Below the pieces are notes generated by a model, which saw nothing but the letters and a program-made list of their open reading frames with translations, had not been told where the DNA came from and made no database searches. From Firmicutes bacterium UBA5201 (GTDB lineage: Bacteria; Bacillota; Clostridia; Peptostreptococcales; Acidaminobacteraceae), in assembly GCA_002412775.1 (NCBI GenBank), contig DHVT01000026.1, forward strand, positions 81,184 to 145,183: a stretch of 64,000 bases of DNA, read 5' to 3'. The position numbers and the translations under genes are program-made. Shown one piece after another: positions 1 through 9,398 of the stretch (its first letter is position 1; the number at the start of each line of letters is the position of its first letter).

Positions 1-192
1 CATCACATTGAGATTGATCCAACCTTCATTTGTAAATGTCCTGATGTTTTGATGCGTTACGCCATCCGCATATTTTGAAATTGCGGATTCCTGTCTGTAA
101 ATCGGGTCGTATGCGGCAAATGATGTCGAAGACAACATCAAGAGTCCTGCCAATACTGTTGAAGCTATAACTTTCTTCATGCCATTTTTCAT
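1..192 (-). CDS. Secreted protein, N-terminal fragment (gene continues past the window start)
   Basis: Reverse-strand ATG at 190-192 preceded by GAGGTGGG. The translation MKNGMKKVIASTVLAGLLMLSSTSFAAYDP... is a typical signal peptide. The frame stays open to position 1. It is absent from the ORF track because it is truncated. Confidence 0.4.
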   Translation of the reverse strand, partial: MKNGMKKVIASTVLAGLLMLSSTSFAAYDPIYRQESAISKYADGVTHQNIRTFTNEGWINLNVM

Positions 193-317
193 TAGTCCCA
201 CCTCGTTTTCAGTATAGCCCTATTATACACAACGTTTGTTGCTGGCAAATAATAAAAGGATTAAAAGATTATGACAAGTGAAATCCCGGTTCTGATGGCA
301 GCAACCGGGATCTGTGT

Positions 318-1253
318 CTAATCAAATGTTTTTATCGAATCCAACAAATATTCGTTGATGACATCCTGTACATGTGTATCTCTTAGAATGATGCTGATCT
401 CTATTCTTCTATTTTGTGCATACGCCTCTTCACTTGTTCCGGAAACCACTGGTCTGAACTCCGAATAGGAGCTTGCCAGGAAGTAATCCGCATAATCGGT
501 TTCAAGACTTGGGTTGGAAGACATCAGATAATTCACAACAGCTGTGGCCCGTCTGGTTCCAAGTTCCCTGTTGCTGTTTCCTGTTCCACGGTCGTCCGTA
601 TGACCTTGGATATTGATGGCGTCGATGCTCTCCCGGATATCCGGATTCGAAAGCACAGTCTCGAACGCTTCAGCAAGTTGATCCAGCAGTGACCGCCCTT
701 CACTTTTTACAGCGTAGGAATATCGATCAAACAAGAGCGATTCGTTGATGACAATGTTGCCATTGTCGCTGATGGACACCAGAGCCTCACCTGCCTGGTT
801 GGTTTTACCCAGCACATCCTCGATGGAATCCTTGACAGCGGTCAGCACGTCAAGTCTGAGGATGGCGATGCCTTGTAATTTTTGCCTCAAATCACCCAGT
901 TCCTGGTTGCTGCTGGCGATGATTTCTCTTTGGCGGTCTATTTCTTCACTTGAAAGTGTGAGTGCGATTTGTCCGGCTTCGACTTCTGCCATCGTTTGAT
1001 CCAGTTCGATCTTGAGCAATCTGAGATTGTTTTCCGCTTGACTGATCTCAAGTTGACTGGCTTCAAGTTGTTTCTGGCTGTCATCCAATTCTTTTCTCAG
1101 GAATTCGAGATTCTTTCCTGCGATGATGTTGTTGATGTACATAAGAAACATCAGAAAGAAAAGGATGATGGCAATGGTCGAAATCATATCGGTAAAAGAC
1201 GGCCAAAAATTTTCAGGTTCAGAGTGTATGTCTCTTCTTTTACGCGTTTTCAT
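318..1253 (-). CDS. MotB/OmpA-family protein: one TM helix with the conserved Asp, a ~100-aa coiled-coil stalk and a C-terminal OmpA-like peptidoglycan-binding domain
   Basis: 311-aa ORF. WPSFTDMISTIAIILFFLMFL resembles the MotB/ExbD-type TM helix with the invariant Asp. Heptad-rich LEASQLEISQAENNLRLLKIELDQ follows. NIQGHTDDRG...NRELGTRRATAVVNYL...NRRIEISI matches the OmpA/MotB C-terminal signature. Confidence 0.8.
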   Translation of the reverse strand: MKTRKRRDIHSEPENFWPSFTDMISTIAIILFFLMFLMYINNIIAGKNLEFLRKELDDSQKQLEASQLEISQAENNLRLLKIELDQTMAEVEAGQIALTLSSEEIDRQREIIASSNQELGDLRQKLQGIAILRLDVLTAVKDSIEDVLGKTNQAGEALVSISDNGNIVINESLLFDRYSYAVKSEGRSLLDQLAEAFETVLSNPDIRESIDAINIQGHTDDRGTGNSNRELGTRRATAVVNYLMSSNPSLETDYADYFLASSYSEFRPVVSGTSEEAYAQNRRIEISIILRDTHVQDVINEYLLDSIKTFD

Positions 1254-1265
1254 GACGCTCCTCCC

Positions 1266-2207
1266 TTATTGTTTTTTACCGTTTTCTTTCATGCCTTCCG
1301 TAAAGTCCTCAAATGCCAAAGACATTCTTTCGATATTGGACTTCAAATGGTGGTTGAACTCTGAAAAATCACGGGTATTGGAAGAAAAAGTCTGAATTGA
1401 ATCGTCAAATCCCTTGAGACTATGCTCTATGGTATCCGCGGTATCCTTCATGCTGTTGGACGCCACGGTCAAACGATAGCTCATCGCTTCAGAGACAGAT
1501 TGAATATCTCTGGACAGACGACCTGCAAGTTCTTCAAATGCCACTTCCAGTGGAGTTCTACCCTCTTCATCAATTACGGTCAGATCGGTCGATCTATGCC
1601 CAAGGACATTGTCCAGGTATTCTTCGGCCACTGCGATATAATGCCCTCTGGATTCTGCTGTACCGATGAGCACCGTCAATACATTGACTATGATGGATGC
1701 GCTGATTCCAAATAGTGACGTGGCAAAAGCGACTGACATCCCGTTGATCGAACTGAGCAATCCTCCGGTGATCAGATTCACATCGCCTATCAAAGCCTCA
1801 CTTGTGGAAGATAAAAGTTGCACCAATTCTGATATGGAGAGTGTCAATCCAAAAAATGTTCCTACGAGTCCCAATATGATCATCAGTCCCGAAGCTCTAC
1901 CTATAAAGCGTTCACCGACCAACGTTTTCGACATGTAGGTCTGGATGTTCTTGTCAATTATAGCTGGAGTATTCACTTCTGAAATTCGAAAATCCATAGC
2001 GGACTTGAAATCATCTGTGATCACATTGTTGATCTCGTATTTGAATATCTTGCTTTTTCGATTCGAGTCATCCATGAGATCGTATACAAGCGACATGTAT
2101 TTGGTCTTGATCTTGAAAAGCGCAATAACAGTCAGTGCTAGAACGAGCAAAATCAGAATGATTATGATTTGCCCGATGGGGTTCATCTTGAGTAATAAAT
2201 CTAACAT
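1266..2207 (-). CDS. MotA/TolQ/ExbB-family proton-channel protein with a ~130-aa helical cytoplasmic tail
   Basis: ORF 1266..2321. The preferred start is ATG 2207, 6 nt after AAGGAGG (2214-2220). GLMIILGLVGTFFGLTLSI and GMSVAFATSLFGISASIIVNVL resemble the paired MotA/ExbB channel helices. It lies 12 bp upstream of the MotB-like gene. Confidence 0.65.
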   Translation of the reverse strand: MLDLLLKMNPIGQIIIILILLVLALTVIALFKIKTKYMSLVYDLMDDSNRKSKIFKYEINNVITDDFKSAMDFRISEVNTPAIIDKNIQTYMSKTLVGERFIGRASGLMIILGLVGTFFGLTLSISELVQLLSSTSEALIGDVNLITGGLLSSINGMSVAFATSLFGISASIIVNVLTVLIGTAESRGHYIAVAEEYLDNVLGHRSTDLTVIDEEGRTPLEVAFEELAGRLSRDIQSVSEAMSYRLTVASNSMKDTADTIEHSLKGFDDSIQTFSSNTRDFSEFNHHLKSNIERMSLAFEDFTEGMKENGKKQ

Positions 2208-2338
2208 CTTAAGCCTCCTTGAAAAATGAAGTGATATTTTTAATCTTAACATATGAAATACTAAAAATTCCCAATGTAAAAGATTTTTAATATAATTGTT
2301 CATAATTTCGTTATTTTTCATTTAGAAAAAGGATAGGA

Positions 2339-2347
2339 TGTTATAAT
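2339..2347 (+). promoter_or_regulatory. Extended -10 element (TGtTATAAT) upstream of the histidine kinase gene
   Basis: TG at 2339-2340 and TATAAT at 2342-2347, about 37 nt upstream of ATG 2384. The -35 is weak. Confidence 0.35.
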
Positions 2348-2383
2348 ATAATTAATACTATTAAATGAACAACGAGGCGATCC

Positions 2384-3892
2384 ATGAAAATCAAAACCAA
2401 ATTTATATTTGCACTCATCTTATTGGTCTTGCTCCCTGCTGCTTTCACTGTTTCTGTGACCAGTAATTTTTTGAGTGAGAACCTCAATTTCATACATTTC
2501 TTCGACACCTATTTCGACATTTTCAACAACTTTTCAAAAATATCCACTGAGTTTGAATATTACGTGACCCCATATTCGGAATCACCGGAGTTTTTTCTTT
2601 CCGAATCATTCAGACGCGACGCGAAAGAACGTTTCAGTTCCACATTTTTGATTGTTGAAGTTGCTGAAAGCGGCAATGTGCTATTTACCACATATTCAGA
2701 GGACCTGTCGGATGCGACCTTTATAGAAAATTGGTTCTATAAGCAACTGGCACCTAATCTCCCAAACGAACATTATTCCTTAAAACATCATCATTTTGAA
2801 AGACTGAACGGCAACGCCATCGACGTCAGACTCAAAATTGACAGCACTCGACTCGAGCTCGCCTATCAGTCTTTTGAAAGGGTTTTCTTCTTGCTTTATG
2901 GCGCTTTCAACCTCATTTTACTGGCTTTTCTGATCGCTTGGATTTCCAATCCGATCAAGCACAGTATCCAAAAGCTTACGTTTACCACCAATGAGATTCG
3001 TAAGGGCAATTTGAGCGCTGAACTGTCCTACAATGAAAACGACGATTTTGAAGAGCTTGCCCAAAGTATTGAAAGCATGCGCCAATCTCTCAAGAGGTCG
3101 GTTGAAAAACAAAAGCTTCTCGAAAGCGAGAAAAAAGAGTTGATCGCCAACATTTCCCACGACCTCAGGACCCCGATCACTTCCATCAGAGGTTATGTCC
3201 AGGGTCTGAAAGATGGTGTGGCCAGAACTGCTACCACCCAAAAGGAATATTTGGATATCATTGAATCCAAGACCTATATGATTGAAAGTCTCGTTAACGA
3301 TCTCGCCGAATTCACAGGTTATGACACGAACTCCATCAAGCTGAACAAACAAGTCATTGATTTGAGAAGCTTTTTGTTCGACTGTGTGGATGAGCTGGAA
3401 AATGACGTCACCAAATTTGGCGGACAGCTGTACTTGCACTACATCATAAAGGACACCATGATCGAGGTGGATCCTGAAAAATTGATGCGGGTTTTCATCA
3501 ATCTCATTGAAAATGCCGTCAAATATCGCAGTGAAAAACCTATAGAAATCGTCATCCTGGCCAATAGAGACGACGACGGCGTATTCATCAACATCTCCGA
3601 CAATGGAATCGGAGTGCCCGAGCCCGATTTGGACCGAATCTTCGACCGTTTCTACAGATCTGACAAATCGAGGAACCTGGATGTCGGTGGCAATGGCATC
3701 GGACTCAGCATTTGCAAAGAAATCATCGAAGCCCACGGTGGAAAAATCTCCGCCACTGGCAATGATATCAATGGCCTGACCATTTCCATCCGTTTAAAGG
3801 CGTACGAAGACATTGAAATTGTTCCTGTGCAACACAAAAAAAACAAGTCATGGAGAGAAAAATATGGAAAAAATACTGATCATAGAAGATGA
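2384..3892 (+). CDS. Sensor histidine kinase (two TM helices, HAMP, HisKA, HATPase_c)
   Basis: H-box ISHDLRTPITSIRGY. N, G1 and G2 boxes: LIENAVKY, DNGIGVP, GGNGIGLSICKEIIEAHGG. TM helices near aa 5-25 and 165-187. Confidence 0.9.
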   Translation: MKIKTKFIFALILLVLLPAAFTVSVTSNFLSENLNFIHFFDTYFDIFNNFSKISTEFEYYVTPYSESPEFFLSESFRRDAKERFSSTFLIVEVAESGNVLFTTYSEDLSDATFIENWFYKQLAPNLPNEHYSLKHHHFERLNGNAIDVRLKIDSTRLELAYQSFERVFFLLYGAFNLILLAFLIAWISNPIKHSIQKLTFTTNEIRKGNLSAELSYNENDDFEELAQSIESMRQSLKRSVEKQKLLESEKKELIANISHDLRTPITSIRGYVQGLKDGVARTATTQKEYLDIIESKTYMIESLVNDLAEFTGYDTNSIKLNKQVIDLRSFLFDCVDELENDVTKFGGQLYLHYIIKDTMIEVDPEKLMRVFINLIENAVKYRSEKPIEIVILANRDDDGVFINISDNGIGVPEPDLDRIFDRFYRSDKSRNLDVGGNGIGLSICKEIIEAHGGKISATGNDINGLTISIRLKAYEDIEIVPVQHKKNKSWREKYGKNTDHRR

Positions 3893-4556
3893 CCAAAGCA
3901 TCGCCAGATTACAAAAGGATTACCTTGAAATCAATGGCTATGAAGTCGTCATGGAAAATACCGGTGATGTCACAAAAATCATTCCTTTACTGGAAGGGGT
4001 CTCACTCGTAGTGCTGGATCTGATGCTGCCCAGCGGTAACGGCATCGATATCTGTAAAAAAATCCAATCCCTCAAGGATATCCCTGTCATGATTGTTTCA
4101 GCGAAAAACCAGGACATGGACATCGTTTTGGGATTGGGAGTCGGAGCGGATGATTATATGACCAAACCTTTCAGCACAAATGAGTTCATTGCTCGAGTCA
4201 AGGCTCAATTGAGACGTTATAGCAAAATGAAGTCCTCGCCCTCCGGTACTTTTGATGATTCCAATGTCACCATCCGAAATATGGTGATCAACGAAATGAC
4301 CAAGACTTTCACTGTGGGTGACATCACTTTGGATTTGACGCCCAAAGAATTTGAAATCATCCTCCTCCTCGCAAAAAACAGAGGACGTGTGTTTTCAAAA
4401 GAGGAGATTTATGAGCGTGTGTGGAAATACGACTCACTCGGTGACGCTTTCACAGTGACTGTCCATGTGAAGCGTATCCGTGAAAAGATTGAAACTGTAG
4501 CACCCAATACCCTTCTCATTGAAACGGTTTGGGGAGTTGGTTACAAGATTGTTTAA
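3864..4556 (+). CDS. OmpR-family response regulator (REC plus winged-helix DNA-binding domain)
   Basis: Start ATG 3864 after GGAGAG, overlapping the HK stop. KILIIEDD...VLDLMLP (phospho-acceptor Asp), SAK, and C-terminal LTPKEFEIILLLAKNRGRVFSKEEI...VHVKRIREKI...ETVWGVGYK. Confidence 0.9.
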   Translation: MEKILIIEDDQSIARLQKDYLEINGYEVVMENTGDVTKIIPLLEGVSLVVLDLMLPSGNGIDICKKIQSLKDIPVMIVSAKNQDMDIVLGLGVGADDYMTKPFSTNEFIARVKAQLRRYSKMKSSPSGTFDDSNVTIRNMVINEMTKTFTVGDITLDLTPKEFEIILLLAKNRGRVFSKEEIYERVWKYDSLGDAFTVTVHVKRIREKIETVAPNTLLIETVWGVGYKIV

Positions 4557-7500
4557 TCACTGACCGTAACGGGGCTGTAGAAATAAAAGATCGTAGATGT
4601 TGCCAGTAATGTCAATGTCCTCTAAACGTTCTTTTTTGACTACAGTCCCTTTTTTGACTTCAACTTCCAAATAATATGGCGGTGCAGTCCTTGAATTATC
4701 CCAGTTCAGAGTATGGTCCGCAAGGGGTAATATATAATGGATCTCCCACAGATCGGTTGACACCTGATTCAATTGAAGCGGGAAACTCACAGTGTAGCCA
4801 AAGGTGTCTTCATAGGAGTGCATATGTCCCATCGCATCGGTATAGATCATTTGCTCAAGTCTTGGCGACAATCTCAGGTTTGCAGATTCTGGATTGCCAA
4901 CGGTTCTCACTCTAACCTTCACTTTTTCATGCGATAGGAATCGATGGGGTTCATTTGTCATTCGATCTCCAAACATATTGACCTGACCACGCCAATGGTT
5001 CCAATACCCTTCTACCTCAACCTCTAAAATCCTCAAAACTTCAATGATGGAAGACACTGTGTGGGTGGCCTGATTGCCTGAGGCCGTAGTCGCCGTGAAC
5101 TCAAAATCATGGAGACCTTCCTCGACATTTTCGGGAATGATCTCTGAGCATCTCCACAAGGTTCTACCACTACTGTTTTTACCGGCATAAGTCATGGACC
5201 TGACCACTTCATGTTCTGTTCCCATGTAGAGTCTGACGGATACCCCCTCGGCATATTTCCCAGCTTCGGCATAAAAGTCCGTTTTTTCTCCTGCGATCAT
5301 CTCATCCATGCTTCCAATCACATCAATCGGTGTGATTACTTTGAACGGTAAGTTCACGGAGGCATCCCTTGAGCTGACGCGAATCATATAATCCCCATCC
5401 TGGGTGACAGAAGGAATTCTGAAACTTTGCTCCAACCAATGGTGTTTACTGTCTATTTTGTCATAATTTGACATGTTGGAATATAACAATAACGCAATTG
5501 TGCCTTTGAGCTGGCCACTTTGAGTGAGCCATTCCAATTTGACATCATGCGCCTCATGGTACTGTGTGAAAATATCTTTGATGGTGATGTATTCCGATGC
5601 CGGAAGCAATTGTGGACTAAGTGTGGCGTCTATGATCAGTGCGGGTATCGCATCGAGCGTAAATATTCGTGCCTTCCAGTCGCTCCAAACCCCTTCGATA
5701 TCTTTTACGATATATCTCACTTCATAGGTTCCCGGTGTGAGATTGTCCGGAATCGCGTAGATCCACTGACTGTCACCATCCAGCTTTCGGTACATGATTT
5801 GTCTGTCTCGTATACCTTTTTGCGCGTCTGAAAATTGATGGTCGAGGTCGTAGGACAAATCCAGCCAACTCGTCTTGTACTTTTGTAGACTTGAGTTGTA
5901 ATCCCAATCGAGTGTGAAATCCGCTATGGGTTTTCTATGAACATAGATGTCCAGGGCAGGTACGTTGGATTCTTTTGCAAACTCGGGTTTGCCAATCGGC
6001 GCATCCTTGATTTTGCGATGGACCGTGTACTTGCCCACTTTTGAGAAACTGTTTTTGACTGTTCCTGAAAATCCGGTTTCCAGATAGCTTGTTCTAGTGC
6101 CACTCTCTGCACCCATGCTGTTGTCATAGTAGTTTGCATCATGCACATATTGAAAGCCGAGTGTGGTGAGAGGATCGTTTTCCATGTCGTAGTTGGCAAT
6201 GTTTGTCGCAAAAGTCTGTCCAACGAGAAGAAGCTTGCGATTGTCAACGGGGTTGTTTTCTTTGATGATGTCGTTGACCGCTTTCATGATTTCACCAAGT
6301 GGTTTTGTGGAATCAACGTAAAATTGATGTGTGACTTGAGATCTGGTTGCGGCTTTTCCAACTAGAATCACCTTGGCATCCCCTTTATTCAGAACCGTTT
6401 GAAGATCCGTCTTGTTGTTTATGGTACTGTCTGCAAAGTAAACGATATACTTGTCTGAAGCTATTCTGAACGATGGTACGAATGTTTGCTTCACGTTTTT
6501 ATAGACGGTTCCGCTGTAGTATCCTCTGTAATCGTCATACCAATTGTAATTCGATTGCCAGACCGTACTGGATTTAGAAACGGTACCTGAGTACGTTGCA
6601 TATCTGCTCCAATCATATTTCCAAGTAGATACAGTTCCATCGGCTTCATAAACAGGATAGGTGTCATAGGAATAAGAATCCTGCGAAAGCGTTCCTGTAT
6701 ATCCCCCACTGCTGTAGGAAATGCTTGATGGCAAATTGCTTGATGCACTCGGAGGAGCCGATCCGCTTTGTGATCTGGAGTCAGTGGCTGTAAAGGAATC
6801 CGTAACGGTCACATATCGACCATCATCCTGCATATATTGATTGTTCACCACGTCATACAAATGCAGTGTTCCTGAGTACCCATCAGAAGAATACGAACGT
6901 GTTGACGGTGGATAGCTTTCCCCTGTGTTTCGTGAGGTTGAAGCGCTTTGCGAATAGACATAAGTGTGAAGATCCCATATTTCCATATTGGCTGATATGC
7001 CCGATTGTCTCAGTGCGTTGATCCAGTTCACACGCTCTGAAACGATGGTGTTGTTGAGTTCTCTTGTAATGGCTTGATCATTGAGAATCACAACGTCTGA
7101 TTCGGGAAAATCGTATTCGATGTCCGTGTAGATCTTGGTCATCGGTGCGAGGTTGTCTACATAAAATTCACGCTCTAAGGTGGCGGTTTTCTTATCTGCT
7201 GTAGTGATAAACTGCGAGAGTGTCGGTTGCCCAAATGTTTCTTCCGCATAGAACACGATCTTGTAATACCCTAGCTGTGTGGGTTTGAATTCCGTGTAGT
7301 CTGAATAGTTGCCTTGCTTTATAAGCACTTCGGGCGTTCCGTTGCCATCGTTATCGTAATAGATTTTATAAGTACTGATGCTGATATGATCTTCATCCAC
7401 ACTTGCGGCATCGTAGTAAAAATCAAGAGTTTCATTTCTCACAAGTGTAGAGTTCCAAACATTGGCGATCATTGCCGGAGCATGATCTTCGAGCACAAAT

Positions 7501-9386
7501 AGTTTGTAATTATAAATATCCGATATGAAATAACCGCTTGGAAGATCCGATCGTTGAATCTTCGGTGCGGGAACAGATGTTGTCACACGCATTTGCATCT
7601 GAATGGACGCTTGGTCTTTGACGATATATGCAAGCTTTGTAGAGTTTAGCGTACCATACTTGATGATAGAGCTTGAACCGTCAAGATTCTGTGCGGTAAA
7701 GAAATCTGTGCCGATTGTGGCATTTGATAACAGATAGCTTGAATTGACACTTGAAATGTCTGTATTCGCTTCTATGAGTCTGTTTTCTTTGAATGTGCCT
7801 GTAACTCTGAATTGTGCTTTGGGTTTGGAGGTATAAACGACCACATGACCGATGTATTCATATTCTGTTCCATCTGGATCAATATATTTAATCTTGTAGT
7901 TATAAATTTTATCTTCACCAATGAGCGGAAATAAGTGCTGTCCATTTGCAAAGGCTTCTTCCTGTGATTCTGATAAAAGCTGTCCACCAACATAAATTTC
8001 TCTTATGGCACCTTCCAGTGGAACGGTATTGTCCCTGAGATTGAACCTTTCTGTGTCGAGCATTTTATCAGATGCGGTCACGTCAAAATTCATAGGTTCC
8101 ACACGTTCAAATATTGGTGCTTCTACTATAATTGGCGGTGATGGTTGTCCTGTTCCACCTGAAACACTTCCATCGGTGCTTGCATATCCTGTTTCTGAAT
8201 CTCCTGTATTGAAATGACTGGTTGAACTTCCGTTGAGGATGATTTCAAGGGATGGATTGTCTATACTTATAAGGTGCTTGTAAGTATTATAGGGTATGGA
8301 AATGGTAAATTCCGCACTACCTGTATTAGCGGTTTCTCTTTTCCCAGTGAGTGATTTTTCCTGTCCTGTGACTTGATCTCTGATTTTGAATGACCATGAA
8401 TCAATGTCCTCACGATTGTAAAAGGCACCAATTAACACATCATCGGGGATGCCATCCTCATCGATGCCATCATACATGTGATCATCTTGGATCTTTCCAC
8501 GAATGGTTCCCATAACGACAACTGCTCCAGAATCGTCTATGGCTTTGTCGCTGATGGAACGGATTTCAATCTGCGCTTCAACGGGCGTTGGTGCCTTTTC
8601 TTCAATCTTGCTTAAAGTGAACGTTTGATACCATGGTTTGTTATCATATTTTGAAATGTGCCACATGACCGATTCGCCTGGGAAAAGACTTGTTGGCCTG
8701 GTTAAAACATGTGCATAGCTGTAAGCGTTTTTGTCTTCTGGTTCTGTACTGCGGTTGATTTCAAAAGGTAATCCCTCATTGATCCATTTGCGGGTGCTGA
8801 TCATAGCGGTATCGTTTCCTATTTCCATTGCAATTTGATTGTATATGCTGGCTTTTTCAATTCTTGCCGTGCCATCAGTTCTGTATTTGTATGGACTACT
8901 ATCTTTCCATATTTGATGTATCCAGTTTTTTTCTGAAGGAAGCGTCCCTGAGTCAGCGTCCCTTGGAAAATTGTTGTTCGAGTAAGGATTTCCCGCCGCA
9001 TCAAATCCATGATATCGGTACTCTCCTTTTCCATTTTCATAATAGCCTTGATTGGGGTACTCTGTATTATCAACCCTTGTTGCGTTTTTAAAGTCATTTG
9101 CAGGAACATCTTCCGGTCCACCGTAAACGACAATGTGTTTATCGATCCAATGTTCCATGGAAAAGGCATATCCCTTTCCATTGAGTCTAGGCGTTTCCAT
9201 AGGAAGCCCATAAGCGTTTTTGTATTCGTTCCACGTTTGCCCGGCTAAAGGATCGGTTTCAAACCACTTGGGCTGATCGTATCGATTGGGGTTGTTGGTG
9301 GCTGCGTAACCAATCTCATACGGGTAAGCAAAGATACTTTGAAAAATGAGAATCAGTGCAAGTGCTACGACTATTTTTCGGTTCAT
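4557..9386 (-). CDS. Very large (1609 aa) secreted protein of unknown function with Ig/PKD-like segments and a Ser/Tyr-rich repeat region
   Basis: Uninterrupted 4.8-kb ORF. RBS AGGAGA lies 12 nt after the upstream SLH gene. Signal peptide MNRKIVVALALILIFQSIFA. PKD-like start HRKPIADFTLDWDY. No LPXTG or SLH motif seen. Confidence 0.75.
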   Translation of the reverse strand: MNRKIVVALALILIFQSIFAYPYEIGYAATNNPNRYDQPKWFETDPLAGQTWNEYKNAYGLPMETPRLNGKGYAFSMEHWIDKHIVVYGGPEDVPANDFKNATRVDNTEYPNQGYYENGKGEYRYHGFDAAGNPYSNNNFPRDADSGTLPSEKNWIHQIWKDSSPYKYRTDGTARIEKASIYNQIAMEIGNDTAMISTRKWINEGLPFEINRSTEPEDKNAYSYAHVLTRPTSLFPGESVMWHISKYDNKPWYQTFTLSKIEEKAPTPVEAQIEIRSISDKAIDDSGAVVVMGTIRGKIQDDHMYDGIDEDGIPDDVLIGAFYNREDIDSWSFKIRDQVTGQEKSLTGKRETANTGSAEFTISIPYNTYKHLISIDNPSLEIILNGSSTSHFNTGDSETGYASTDGSVSGGTGQPSPPIIVEAPIFERVEPMNFDVTASDKMLDTERFNLRDNTVPLEGAIREIYVGGQLLSESQEEAFANGQHLFPLIGEDKIYNYKIKYIDPDGTEYEYIGHVVVYTSKPKAQFRVTGTFKENRLIEANTDISSVNSSYLLSNATIGTDFFTAQNLDGSSSIIKYGTLNSTKLAYIVKDQASIQMQMRVTTSVPAPKIQRSDLPSGYFISDIYNYKLFVLEDHAPAMIANVWNSTLVRNETLDFYYDAASVDEDHISISTYKIYYDNDGNGTPEVLIKQGNYSDYTEFKPTQLGYYKIVFYAEETFGQPTLSQFITTADKKTATLEREFYVDNLAPMTKIYTDIEYDFPESDVVILNDQAITRELNNTIVSERVNWINALRQSGISANMEIWDLHTYVYSQSASTSRNTGESYPPSTRSYSSDGYSGTLHLYDVVNNQYMQDDGRYVTVTDSFTATDSRSQSGSAPPSASSNLPSSISYSSGGYTGTLSQDSYSYDTYPVYEADGTVSTWKYDWSRYATYSGTVSKSSTVWQSNYNWYDDYRGYYSGTVYKNVKQTFVPSFRIASDKYIVYFADSTINNKTDLQTVLNKGDAKVILVGKAATRSQVTHQFYVDSTKPLGEIMKAVNDIIKENNPVDNRKLLLVGQTFATNIANYDMENDPLTTLGFQYVHDANYYDNSMGAESGTRTSYLETGFSGTVKNSFSKVGKYTVHRKIKDAPIGKPEFAKESNVPALDIYVHRKPIADFTLDWDYNSSLQKYKTSWLDLSYDLDHQFSDAQKGIRDRQIMYRKLDGDSQWIYAIPDNLTPGTYEVRYIVKDIEGVWSDWKARIFTLDAIPALIIDATLSPQLLPASEYITIKDIFTQYHEAHDVKLEWLTQSGQLKGTIALLLYSNMSNYDKIDSKHHWLEQSFRIPSVTQDGDYMIRVSSRDASVNLPFKVITPIDVIGSMDEMIAGEKTDFYAEAGKYAEGVSVRLYMGTEHEVVRSMTYAGKNSSGRTLWRCSEIIPENVEEGLHDFEFTATTASGNQATHTVSSIIEVLRILEVEVEGYWNHWRGQVNMFGDRMTNEPHRFLSHEKVKVRVRTVGNPESANLRLSPRLEQMIYTDAMGHMHSYEDTFGYTVSFPLQLNQVSTDLWEIHYILPLADHTLNWDNSRTAPPYYLEVEVKKGTVVKKERLEDIDITGNIYDLLFLQPRYGQ

Positions 9387-9398
9387 ACCTGTTCTCCT

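Noticed and set aside
318-2321. Interpreting the MotA/MotB-like pair as the flagellar stator, or as a complete Zorya system.
   Set aside because: No flagellar genes and no ZorC/D/E-like genes are adjacent in the visible window. The MotA-like tail (~130 aa) is far shorter than ZorA tails as I recall them. The pair is kept as an open question.
2918-3736. 272-aa minus-strand ORF inside the histidine kinase gene. Similar long antisense ORFs occur at 14384-14929, 20527-20916, 22017-22511, 25679-26197 and 29277-30320.
   Set aside because: These lie entirely antisense to genes with strong family motifs. They have no RBS and no recognisable domain, and their composition is typical of shadow frames.
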